This document shows positions 41,132 to 49,986 of a stretch of 64,000 nt of DNA, piece by piece (within the stretch, counting starts at the first letter, position 1; each line of letters opens with the position of its first letter). The position numbers were made by a program, and so were the translations under genes. The notes under the pieces are model-generated. The model was not told the origin of the DNA and did no database searches. It worked only from the letters and a program-made list of their open reading frames with translations. The stretch spans positions 9,909 through 73,908 of the forward strand of contig JBIKNF010000002.1 in assembly GCA_044358835.1 (NCBI GenBank). The letters are read 5' to 3'. Source of the DNA: Vampirovibrionales bacterium. GTDB lineage: Bacteria > Cyanobacteriota > Vampirovibrionia > Vampirovibrionales > JAJTHC01.

Positions 41132-42331
41132 GTGGGCATGGAAACATTCTATTCCCACTACTTTGATTATGCGGCCACCACCCCTGTGCATCCTGAGGTG
41201 TTAGAAGCCATGCTTCCTTTTTTAGGGGGGCATTTTGCCAATGCCCATAGTCCGCATCACGCAGGGCAAGCGGCTAAAAAAGCGGTAGAAACGGCTCGCT
41301 CGCAAATCGCCACTTACTTGAATGTGAATCCTTCAGAATTGATTTTTACCAGTGGCGGGACTGAAAGTAACAATCTAGGAATTATGGGGGTTATGCGTGC
41401 CTTGAAAGTCCAAGGCGAACGTCGAGGCCTCATCGTTTCTAGTACCGAACATAGTGCCGTGCTGGAAGCGGCTCGCTACATGGCTCGTTATGAAGGCGTT
41501 CCTTTGTTGGAAGTGAACCCCAATAGCCAAGGCATTATTGTATGTGACGCCTTAGAAGAGGCCTTACAATCGCAACCCACCGCGTTGGTGTCCATTATGC
41601 ATGCCAATAACGAAACAGGGGCGTTGAATGATATTCAAGCCCTTTCTGCACTAACGCATCGTTATCAGGCGTTTTTTCATACGGATGCTGTTCAAAGTCT
41701 AGGCAAAGTTTCCCTTGATTTAACCCAGAACTTGCCTGCGGTGGATTACCTAACCGCCACCGCACACAAGATTTACGGCCCTAAGGGGGTTGGGCTTTTC
41801 TTTAGTCGTAAGATCGCCTTCAAGCCTCACCCCGTGATTATGGGCGGGGGGCAAGAAAACGGCTTTCGAGGGGGGACGCTCAATACACCCGCTATTGTTG
41901 GTTTTGGCAAGGCGGTAGAACTTTTAAAAACGCATGAAGTAGAACGTCAAGCTCACTTAAAAGACTTAACCGCTTTTTTAATTCAGGGGATTCAAAATCT
42001 CAATACCCATGGGCTAAGCAAAGGGAAACTTCATTTAAACACGCCTTTAGAAGAAGACAAGCGAGTCCCAGGGATTGTGAACGTTTCGGTTGAAGGGGTG
42101 AGCGGTGATAAAATGGTGATGCAACTGGACATGCAAAACATCGCTGTTTCAAGTGGTTCAGCCTGCCATGCGGATCAACTTTCGCCCAGCCATGTGGTTT
42201 TGGCACAAGGTGGGAATGAAGCCTTGGCAAAATCTACCTTACGCATGAGTTTAGGGCAGTATAGTACTATAGATGGGGTAAACGATTTGCTGAATATTTT
42301 AGCCGTTCGTTTGGCACGTTGGCATGGGTAG
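41132..42331 (+). CDS. Cysteine desulfurase (IscS/NifS class V aminotransferase)
   Basis: FDYAATTPV, SGGTESNN, PLP-Lys region ATAHKIYGPKGVG, and the catalytic Cys loop SSGSACHA. Confidence 0.85.
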   Translation: MGMETFYSHYFDYAATTPVHPEVLEAMLPFLGGHFANAHSPHHAGQAAKKAVETARSQIATYLNVNPSELIFTSGGTESNNLGIMGVMRALKVQGERRGLIVSSTEHSAVLEAARYMARYEGVPLLEVNPNSQGIIVCDALEEALQSQPTALVSIMHANNETGALNDIQALSALTHRYQAFFHTDAVQSLGKVSLDLTQNLPAVDYLTATAHKIYGPKGVGLFFSRKIAFKPHPVIMGGGQENGFRGGTLNTPAIVGFGKAVELLKTHEVERQAHLKDLTAFLIQGIQNLNTHGLSKGKLHLNTPLEEDKRVPGIVNVSVEGVSGDKMVMQLDMQNIAVSSGSACHADQLSPSHVVLAQGGNEALAKSTLRMSLGQYSTIDGVNDLLNILAVRLARWHG

Positions 42332-42420
42332 ACCACGTTTTTCTTGACAGGTCGTGAGTATTCTACTACAATAGTCTTACGTGAGGCGTCTTACTGTGTA
42401 AAGTCAAGGAGGAATAGGCC

Positions 42421-42750
42421 ATGGGTTTAGCGACTGCGTCTTTTATGAATCAATTTTCCATGATGCAAGCCATGAATGCACAGTACAGCTTAATGACGGG
42501 TGCTCAAAGTTTGATGGCGCTCAGCAATCAAGCCAGCCAAGTGGCCATGGCAAACCCCACCGCGATTGAAAATGGATACGGCCCAGGTGCTTATATGACG
42601 AATCTCTTTCAAAGCGAACGGGCTTTACTGTTAAACCAATCTCGTCAACAAACGAACTTAAAAATGTATGAAGCCATGCAGGAATCTTCCAAAAAACTGG
42701 CCGACAAAAAAGCCAGTGAAGTGGGCCGATATTTAGATGTCACGGGCTAG
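42421..42750 (+). CDS. Hypothetical small Q/M/N/A-rich protein
   Basis: 109 aa, with the RBS aaggaggaa 8 nt upstream of the ATG. No motif recognised. Confidence 0.45.
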   Translation: MGLATASFMNQFSMMQAMNAQYSLMTGAQSLMALSNQASQVAMANPTAIENGYGPGAYMTNLFQSERALLLNQSRQQTNLKMYEAMQESSKKLADKKASEVGRYLDVTG

Positions 42751-42765
42751 TGTATAGTATTGGCT

Positions 42766-42779
42766 AGATAAAACGGTCT
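42766..42779 (+). repeat. Recurring intergenic motif TAGATAAAACGGTCT, 16 nt after the stop of 42421..42750
   Basis: Read directly. Confidence 0.6.
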
Positions 42780-42873
42780 AGGGTCTCTTCGTTGTTGCGA
42801 CGATTTTGCTTGCTTATGTACTTTTGTGCTCACGCCCGCACAAAAAACCCAAGGTTCCTAGTATAGCTTCATC

Positions 42874-42896
42874 GCCTGTTTCATCTTTCGAACACT
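42874..42896 (+). repeat. 23 nt direct repeat copy 1 (gcctgtttcatctttcgaacact)
   Basis: Matches 44984..45006 with 1 mismatch. Confidence 0.7.
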
Positions 42897-42920
42897 ATTT
42901 TGTGAAAAGACGTGATAAAG

Positions 42921-42955
42921 AAAGCCTCTTTGTTGAATTTCAGCAAAGAGGCTTT
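42921..42955. terminator. Perfect 12 bp inverted repeat (aaagcctctttg / caaagaggcttt). Likely a bidirectional terminator between convergent genes.
   Basis: Read directly. The loop is 11 nt. Confidence 0.5.
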
Positions 42956-42975
42956 AGGTTTTGATGCTGCCCTAT

Positions 42976-44634
42976 TTAAAAATCAAGTTCACGCATAAGT
43001 GATTCTATTTCAGCGGGAGCCAGTTCCTGAGTTTGATCATTTAAATACAAGGCTTCTTGAAATAAGGGTTTGGCTAAATGCACTTGGTCTAGCTTTATCA
43101 ATGTGCGTCCCAAATTAAAGCGAGCCATTGCATAAGTGGCATCTAAGCGTTGGGCTTCTTCAAAATACTTACGTGCTTCCTTAAAGTCTTGCCAAACATC
43201 CAAGTACAGTACCCCTAAGTTATTTAAGGCAATGGGGTTTTGTTTGTTCAGAAAAATAGCCTTTTTATAGGATTTTTCCGCTTCTTGGTGGCGCCCTGCT
43301 TGCCAGTACAGGTAGCCTAAAAATCCGTAGACTTCTGCATTTTCTGGTTGAAAACGTAGGATTTTTTGATACACATCTACCGCTTCATCATAGCGTTCGG
43401 CTTTGCAATGGGCTTCTGCCAAACTAAACAAATCGTTGATGTTCGCAGGTTCAAGTTCTTGAGCCAATTGCAAGCAGGCAAAGGCATGATCAGTATCCCC
43501 CTTATGCGCTTCGTAAATGCGCGCGAGTTGACGAGACACTTGTGCTGTCCACAAGGGGTCAATCCCAAAGGTGATGGCGGTTTTATACGCTTCAATACAT
43601 CCGTCAATGTCATCCATTGATTTTAAGACTTCACCCATGTGGTAGTAACTTTTGGCGTGATGAGGCATCGTGTTTAAGGCGACTCTTAAATGATATAACG
43701 CCTTGGTGAAGGCCCCATGATTTTGAAGGATTTTTGCCAATTCAAAGTGTAAGTCTCCTTCATTGGGGTGTCGTGCAATGCGGGCTTCCATGACACGAAT
43801 GGCTTCGTCAATTTCGTTGGCATCTAGCAAAGCGCTTACTTCATCTTGCTCGCTTGAAGGAGACTGTTTAGGAAACGAGTGAGTTTCAAACGCATCAGTC
43901 AACGCTTCAAAAAAGGGAGCATGTTCCTTGTGTTCAAATCCAGAAGCCAATCTCTCGTCAAAGTCTTTTGTATACGTCTTGGAATGAACCCCTGTGTGAT
44001 GCCCGTTCACCGATTCTTTGAATAAAGTCGTCTTAATACGTTGAGAAGTCCCCAAGCGGTTATACCCCAGTAGGTTGAGCAGGGGTTGAATGCTTTCTGC
44101 AAGTAAGAGCAAAAAGCTGTGTTGTAAGACGCGAAGGCTTAAGAGATTTTCTTGTAAGGCCCATGTCGTCACGAGCTGACGTGTATGACTATTAAACACA
44201 GGGGCTAACGCTAACGCGTGCTGAGCAGAGGTTTGAGCAGGAGCCTTTAAGCCACATTCCCACTGAAAAAAGGCCAAAAAGTGCCACGCTTCAGCACATT
44301 GTGGATCTTCTTCCACCAATCGCTGTAAGGTGCCTAAGCCTTCCATCAACACCATGGTTCCAGTCAGCCATGTGGCCCACGTATAACGCGCTTGGTGTAA
44401 GGTGCTTTCTAATAGTCGTTGGCCTTGATTGTTGTAAAACCCCAGCAACGCATCTAAGTCTTGCACAGACGCTTGTTTAAGCAGTCTGCCCCACACTTGA
44501 TTCGCCTGCGCTTCAGAAAGTATTGTAAAGACAGATGAAAACCCATGAACATTGAGTGAAGTCGAGACCCGAGAGGGAGAAGACGATTTCAACGCGTTGC
44601 GTTGGGCATGAAAAGAATGCTGAGGAAGATTCAT
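42976..44634 (-). CDS. TPR-repeat protein
   Basis: 552 aa with multiple TPR-like units (AEVYGFLGYLYWQAGRHQEAEKSYKKAIFLNKQN, ALNNLGVLYLD...). Confidence 0.75.
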   Translation of the reverse strand: MNLPQHSFHAQRNALKSSSPSRVSTSLNVHGFSSVFTILSEAQANQVWGRLLKQASVQDLDALLGFYNNQGQRLLESTLHQARYTWATWLTGTMVLMEGLGTLQRLVEEDPQCAEAWHFLAFFQWECGLKAPAQTSAQHALALAPVFNSHTRQLVTTWALQENLLSLRVLQHSFLLLLAESIQPLLNLLGYNRLGTSQRIKTTLFKESVNGHHTGVHSKTYTKDFDERLASGFEHKEHAPFFEALTDAFETHSFPKQSPSSEQDEVSALLDANEIDEAIRVMEARIARHPNEGDLHFELAKILQNHGAFTKALYHLRVALNTMPHHAKSYYHMGEVLKSMDDIDGCIEAYKTAITFGIDPLWTAQVSRQLARIYEAHKGDTDHAFACLQLAQELEPANINDLFSLAEAHCKAERYDEAVDVYQKILRFQPENAEVYGFLGYLYWQAGRHQEAEKSYKKAIFLNKQNPIALNNLGVLYLDVWQDFKEARKYFEEAQRLDATYAMARFNLGRTLIKLDQVHLAKPLFQEALYLNDQTQELAPAEIESLMRELDF

Positions 44635-44983
44635 GTGAAGGATTTCCTTTAAGTCTTGCCAGCCGTGGGCGAGGCAAAGAAGCAGGTAATATAAAGATAT
44701 TGCCTACAAAGTGAATCCATCCACTAGTGTGAGGTGTTGAAGGTAAACGCAAGTTTTCCGTCACTTGCGGTGAAGTATGCACTCGTTATCGCGTATCCAC
44801 GTTTTCTAGGTGATACAAAGCGCGTTGGTGAGTATATTGACTTCACAAAGAAGGTTTCGGAAGGAACCCCCTCACACTAAAGTAGCGTCCTTAATCTGGA
44901 GGAGTCCTTAAACGATGAGCCAATGAGAGGTGAAGGGTTTGTTTGAGTGTTTGCTTTTTCAAAACGCCTTTTTCACGCCAAAG

Positions 44984-45006
44984 GCCTGTTTCATCTTTTG
45001 AACACT
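44984..45006 (+). repeat. 23 nt direct repeat copy 2 (gcctgtttcatcttttgaacact)
   Basis: Matches 42874..42896. Confidence 0.7.
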
Positions 45007-45103
45007 CTAGATCGGTTGATTCCACTGTTACAAAACTTCATAACCAATCAAAATCGCTAGACACCCCTTTATTAGGTGCTATACTATTTGTATCAAAATA
45101 ACC

Positions 45104-45730
45104 ATGAGGCTACTTTTCATGTTACCTACACTTTCTTCAGGCTTTTCACCCATTACCCAACGCCAAGGCCTTGTGCTGATGAAGAACATTCCAGAAGAGG
45201 ATTTGAGCACGGTTTTAGACGCCACCAAGAAATCTATACTCACTTCTGAATCAGAACCTTACCAACCTGAAGCAAACGATTTAAGAAACAAAAGTTCCAC
45301 GCAACGCTACTTGCATAAAAAACATGTGATTTACCAACTGGTGCAGGCGTCTAAAACCAGCGACACCTTTACCATGGCGCTTCTTTCGGTGCCCACGCAC
45401 GTCAACGAAGAAAAAAGTCACGACATTGAAGTCAACGCTCGTAAGAAGGAAAATGTTTTACTCAGTAATTTAAAAGCCCAACTTGAAGGCAAGCACCTGT
45501 TGCAACATTACATTTCAAGTGACGGTACATTGAATAATCTGTATTACAAGAATTCTTCCCCTATTGATTTTAAGACGGGAGCGGAATACATGAAGAATGA
45601 AAAGCATCAGCGCTTGGTGGATGTATTGGAAGATCCGAGTTATGATTTGGCGCTTATTTCTAAGAAAGAAGATCGACTCTTTTTCCCCATTGGGCATGAG
45701 CCTGCCGATTTATTGAATCACCTTAATTAA
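45104..45730 (+). CDS. Hypothetical protein (ORFan), about 42% GC
   Basis: 208 aa. No motif recognised. Confidence 0.45.
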   Translation: MRLLFMLPTLSSGFSPITQRQGLVLMKNIPEEDLSTVLDATKKSILTSESEPYQPEANDLRNKSSTQRYLHKKHVIYQLVQASKTSDTFTMALLSVPTHVNEEKSHDIEVNARKKENVLLSNLKAQLEGKHLLQHYISSDGTLNNLYYKNSSPIDFKTGAEYMKNEKHQRLVDVLEDPSYDLALISKKEDRLFFPIGHEPADLLNHLN

Positions 45731-45739
45731 GCTTGTTTT

Positions 45740-46480
45740 GTGTGTTGTATGAATGATTCCCCCTTCCCCCGATGCATCGCGTGCTTTGCCAGTTCAGTGG
45801 ACGGCAAAATCAGCGCCCCCCCCCAGCCCAGCGATCCCAACGCTTGGGTCAAGCTCGGCACCCCCCGCGATCTTCAGCGCCTTTTTCACCTGCGTGATTC
45901 TGCCGATGTACTCTGCTTTGGGGCGTCTACCTTTAGGGCGTGGCCTAGTGTGCGTCGTGGGTTGCGGCATCAGGCAAACACGTCTTTAGCACCGCCAGTG
46001 CCTGTCTTGTTCACCCAGTCGTGGGCGTTGGATTGGCAGGCCCCCTGTTTTAGCGAATGGCACACCTACCGCGATTCATGGCCCCCTTTCTTTGTGGCAT
46101 CCACCCAAGCACCCCCAGCATCACTTCCTTCAACATTGCGGGAGTTCCTTCAGCCCATTCATTTGGATGCGTCCCACTCGCCCGCACAACAGCTCCACGC
46201 CGTTAAAACCGCCGTCAACCCCAGCCTTATAAACCCCCACACCGCCACCTGGATGCTCGAAGGCGGGGGGCAGCTGTTTGACTTTTTTCTACACGCCCAC
46301 GCGGTGGATGAATTACATTTAACCCTCACTCCCCAGTTGATTGGAGGCACAAACACGCCTGCTTTGGTAGGGGGTACTGGCTTTTCGCCAGAATCGTGGG
46401 CCACCGTTTCTTGGCGAATGGTGGAACATCACCCGCCGGAACTTTTTTTGGTAGGTGAATTGCAATACCCCACGACTTGA
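45740..46480 (+). CDS. RibD C-terminal (reductase) domain / DHFR-like protein on a high-GC segment
   Basis: CIACFASSVDGKISAP and MLEGGGQLFDFFLHAHAVDELHLTLTPQLIGG match RibD_C signatures. Local GC is about 58%. A C9 homopolymer lies at 45816-45824. Confidence 0.55.
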   Translation: MCCMNDSPFPRCIACFASSVDGKISAPPQPSDPNAWVKLGTPRDLQRLFHLRDSADVLCFGASTFRAWPSVRRGLRHQANTSLAPPVPVLFTQSWALDWQAPCFSEWHTYRDSWPPFFVASTQAPPASLPSTLREFLQPIHLDASHSPAQQLHAVKTAVNPSLINPHTATWMLEGGGQLFDFFLHAHAVDELHLTLTPQLIGGTNTPALVGGTGFSPESWATVSWRMVEHHPPELFLVGELQYPTT

Positions 46481-46568
46481 CACATCAACTTTTGCCGTTG
46501 TGTTCTTGTCTTCTTTCACTTCTTTGCTATAATAGCATGCATACACTAGTAAAAAGGACTCGCCTTCT

Positions 46569-47354
46569 ATGATATTTCATCGTTTGTTTTTAGTACTTGC
46601 CTTGGTGTACACGGCAGGTGTGTGTCTTGCCCCTGCGCTTGTGCAGGCTGAAGAATACGGCCCGTTTTTACCCCCTTCTGTGGTGAAGGAAAAGCAAGTG
46701 GCTAAGCAAAAAGCCACCCCAGCTGAACCTAGTAAGGGTAAGGCTTCTAGTACGGGTGAAAAAGTCATCAACAACTTAAGCACCTTGTTTAAGCCCACCC
46801 CTGTTTCACCAGAACCCAAAACGCTGAATGCGCCTGTAGAACGCGCCCCCTTTATTTCTACCACTGCCCCTAATTTGCCCGAAGTCCCGCCCTTGGTGGA
46901 AGATGATCCCCTGCCCAAGTTGCCTGCCCACACCCGAGTGGACAATCCCACCAATAAAATGGGCTTGGCCTTTGCCGCAGAAGAATTAAACAAGGTGATG
47001 GATCTTCAAAAAAAAGGCCAAACCGTGCAAGCTGTCGTTCTTTCTAAAGATTTAGACGCCTGGTTGATTGACGCCACTGAAACGCATATTGAACTGTACC
47101 AAGTGCTCACCCGTGTGCCTTCGGCTCGTGTGCAAGCGGCGTTTGAAAAAAAGCTTGGGCTTGAATTTGCCAAATTACGAGACCGTAACCTGTTGGCGCT
47201 TGCGCAGTTGTATCGGGATTTGGGGCAAGACAGAAAGGCTGTTCGCCCTTTGGTGCAGTTGATTCAGTCGCAAAGTCGCACAGAATTGGGTTTGCAAGCC
47301 TACAAACTCTTGCAAGACATGGGCTTTACTGAAGAGCTTTCGCTCACCAATTAG
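46569..47354 (+). CDS. Hypothetical secreted protein
   Basis: 261 aa with the signal peptide MIFHRLFLVLALVYTAGVCLAPALVQA. Confidence 0.5.
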   Translation: MIFHRLFLVLALVYTAGVCLAPALVQAEEYGPFLPPSVVKEKQVAKQKATPAEPSKGKASSTGEKVINNLSTLFKPTPVSPEPKTLNAPVERAPFISTTAPNLPEVPPLVEDDPLPKLPAHTRVDNPTNKMGLAFAAEELNKVMDLQKKGQTVQAVVLSKDLDAWLIDATETHIELYQVLTRVPSARVQAAFEKKLGLEFAKLRDRNLLALAQLYRDLGQDRKAVRPLVQLIQSQSRTELGLQAYKLLQDMGFTEELSLTN

Positions 47355-47368
47355 GATTTTCCCCACCC

Positions 47369-48079
47369 ATGACGCCACAGCCCCCTCGTGAAACCCTTCA
47401 TTTTTACTTTTTGACGCTGTTCCCCGATGCCATTCACGCTTACCTCGATAGTAGCCTGATGAAGCGCGCCATTGAAAAAGGCCTTTTTCAAGTGACGGTG
47501 CTAAATATTCGGGACTTTACCACGAGCGCCCACCACAAAGTGGACGACACCCCCTACGGCGGGGGGGCAGGCATGGTGCTGATGTGCCAACCCGTGTTGG
47601 ATGCCTTTCGTTCCATTGAAGGTGATTTACGTCAAGGACGCAGCAAAGTCTTGATGACCAGCCCCGCTGGAGCCGTTTTTCAACATAAAACGGCCAAAGC
47701 TTTTGCCGAAACCGCCTTAGATGTCGTCTTTTTTTGTGGGCATTATGAAGGCTTTGACGCGCGTTTGCTGGAATTGATTCCGGGGATTGAGGAAGTGAGC
47801 GTGGGCGATTTTGTGTTGACAGGAGGCGAATTGCCTGCTTTGGCGATGTTGGATGCCGTGGCGCGTTTTATTCCACAAGTGGTGAAAGAAGCGTCGAGCG
47901 TGGAAAATGATTCGTTTTATAATGGCTTGCTTGATTTTCCGCATTATACAAAACCTGCGGTGTTTGAAGGGGTGGCGGTGCCTGCGGTGTTGTTAAGTGG
48001 CAACCATGCCGCCATTGACGCGTGGCGCCAGAACGAAGCCCTAAAAAAAACCCAGCGCGTGCGCCCTGATTTGTTGTAA
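47369..48079 (+). CDS. trmD: tRNA (guanine37-N1)-methyltransferase
   Basis: YGGGAGMVLMCQPVLDAF, the trefoil-knot SAM site GHYEGFDAR and SVGDFVLTGGELPA. Confidence 0.92.
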   Translation: MTPQPPRETLHFYFLTLFPDAIHAYLDSSLMKRAIEKGLFQVTVLNIRDFTTSAHHKVDDTPYGGGAGMVLMCQPVLDAFRSIEGDLRQGRSKVLMTSPAGAVFQHKTAKAFAETALDVVFFCGHYEGFDARLLELIPGIEEVSVGDFVLTGGELPALAMLDAVARFIPQVVKEASSVENDSFYNGLLDFPHYTKPAVFEGVAVPAVLLSGNHAAIDAWRQNEALKKTQRVRPDLL

Positions 48080-48146
48080 ACCCGTGCAATAAGCAAGGGG
48101 CGTTTGAAGATTCAAACGCCCCTCGGTATTTTGGTAAAAAGTCTTT

Positions 48147-49088
48147 CTAGTCGGTCTGGAATAATGGTTTAGTGCTATTAGTAGCGGGTATCTTGTATTT
48201 TTTGAAATCTAAACCTTCGATTTTGAAATTAGGATCGAATACGTTTAATAGGTTTGGCGTTTTCAATGCTTTGGCATAGGGGTTAGCGTTTTGTTCGGGC
48301 TTCTTAGTTTTTTCAAGATGCTTTTTAATAGCGGTCTCGTATTTTGCTATAGCGCGTTGTGCTTTTTGAGCATTTTTAAAGGTTTTGCCTTCAGTAACAC
48401 CTTTTATTGGAGCTTTGACGCTATAGCCTGTTTCGGAATCATACGTCACGCTGATGTTATAGGCTGGATTCTCTGGAAACGTTACAACGTCTGTAGCTTG
48501 ACCTGCAATTAGCGTTTTACCCATAAATGTAGTGGCGAATTTAGTGGCTTTAGGGTCTAAGAATCTAGAGGCAGATTCTGAAATAGGGACTGAAAAACGG
48601 TTGTCTGTATCATCGTTTGAGGCTGATGCTGGTTGTTCACCAGGACGAGAAAGTTTAGCACCTTTAATCGCGGAGTTCGCAGCGACAAACTTTCTATCAC
48701 TAAAACGTAACGCTTCTTCTTCCCAAGCTGTAATAGTGCTTTCGATTCTTGTTTTATCATTAGCGCTAATTGTTCCATCTTCATTTGTATTAATCTCTAA
48801 ACGCTCGTTGAAGTTAGCTCTGTTCCATAATACGAGTTTTTTCCCATCCGTACTACTTTTAAGCATAATATCATGAAAGTTTTCATCGGCATGATTTTTT
48901 CCGCTTGACGTAATATAGTTCCAAGACCGTTCTTTTGGGGTTCCGTTTTTATCTTTAAAGTCCGCTATAGAAGAGTAATTGCTACGAGTATTGAAATCGC
49001 GCAAACGAACTGTAGAACCATCTAGCTTAATTGGGGTGCCATGTAAGTTCAGTGTTTTGGTAGTAGAAGTATTTGTTTTAGTCATCAT
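48147..49088 (-). CDS. Hypothetical protein (ORFan) on a low-GC islet
   Basis: 313 aa with no TM and no motif. GC is about 38-40%. Confidence 0.5.
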   Translation of the reverse strand: MMTKTNTSTTKTLNLHGTPIKLDGSTVRLRDFNTRSNYSSIADFKDKNGTPKERSWNYITSSGKNHADENFHDIMLKSSTDGKKLVLWNRANFNERLEINTNEDGTISANDKTRIESTITAWEEEALRFSDRKFVAANSAIKGAKLSRPGEQPASASNDDTDNRFSVPISESASRFLDPKATKFATTFMGKTLIAGQATDVVTFPENPAYNISVTYDSETGYSVKAPIKGVTEGKTFKNAQKAQRAIAKYETAIKKHLEKTKKPEQNANPYAKALKTPNLLNVFDPNFKIEGLDFKKYKIPATNSTKPLFQTD

Positions 49089-49295
49089 AATATCATATCC
49101 TTTTTAATTTCATCAGGGGGGGTAAGGGGGTAGGGGTAACACACACAGGGAATCGGTTCTTGAGAAGAACGTCATTCTGCTGTGTCTTAATAAAAACAAT
49201 TCAGCACGAAAAATGATGCATTCGTAACATTTATTTACAAAAACAAGCACCCCCCTTAGGCTCAGCAAGGGGGGGATTCGTTCTGTTCGGCTGGC

Positions 49296-49880
49296 TTATG
49301 GCAAGAAGGGGTGCTTGCCTTCAGGTGGATGCGTCCAAATGGCTTGGTTGATGTTGATTCGTTGAAAGGGTTTGGCACTGCCAAAGGGGGTTACTTGGCT
49401 AGAAATGGGGTGATTCTTCGGTGGGGAGGGTGTTTTTATGGATCGGGGTTTTGGCGGGGTTTTGGCGTCTTGTTTCAATGGCGGACGTTGATACTGAGGC
49501 AACCACGCCTTACCTTGCAAGGCTTTTACGTACAGCGGGGTTATTTTCACTTGTGAAGGGGGCGGCGGTTGCGCTTCAAAGGAAGTTAAATCCTGCCACG
49601 ACTTACCAGCGTTCAGCTGCACAATTGCGTTTTGCATGGCGCTACATTGCGGTGGGGTAAAAAATACGCCGTCCTTTTGAATGGCCTTGCTGAGGTAATT
49701 GCCTGAAGTATGAGGCTGTTCCCCTGAAAAAAAGCCCAAACGACTGGCCAATCGCAATACCAAGTAAGTCGGTACATTTAACTGATGCGCCACCACCCGC
49801 AACGGTATTTCGACCTGAGCCGTTCGCCATGATGTGGAGGGAGGTATTGGAGGGGCTTCACGCGTTGTGGCTTGCATCAT
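49296..49880 (-). CDS. Hypothetical Pro-rich protein
   Basis: 194 aa. The C-terminal half is PPPP/PKP-rich. Confidence 0.4.
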   Translation of the reverse strand: MMQATTREAPPIPPSTSWRTAQVEIPLRVVAHQLNVPTYLVLRLASRLGFFSGEQPHTSGNYLSKAIQKDGVFFTPPQCSAMQNAIVQLNAGKSWQDLTSFEAQPPPPSQVKITPLYVKALQGKAWLPQYQRPPLKQDAKTPPKPRSIKTPSPPKNHPISSQVTPFGSAKPFQRININQAIWTHPPEGKHPFLP

Positions 49881-49986
49881 GTTCCTTACTGGCGGGATTT
49901 TAGAATGTTTGCTTCTTTTATTGTATGATGTTTTTAAAATTTGGCATACAGGGCCTAGGCAAATTGTAACAAAGGTAACACCTTAC

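Noticed and set aside
47369-48079. trmD detached from the rpsP-rimM-rplS context, considered as an anomaly
   Set aside because: Gene-order variation for trmD is common. Without genome-wide context it is not informative.
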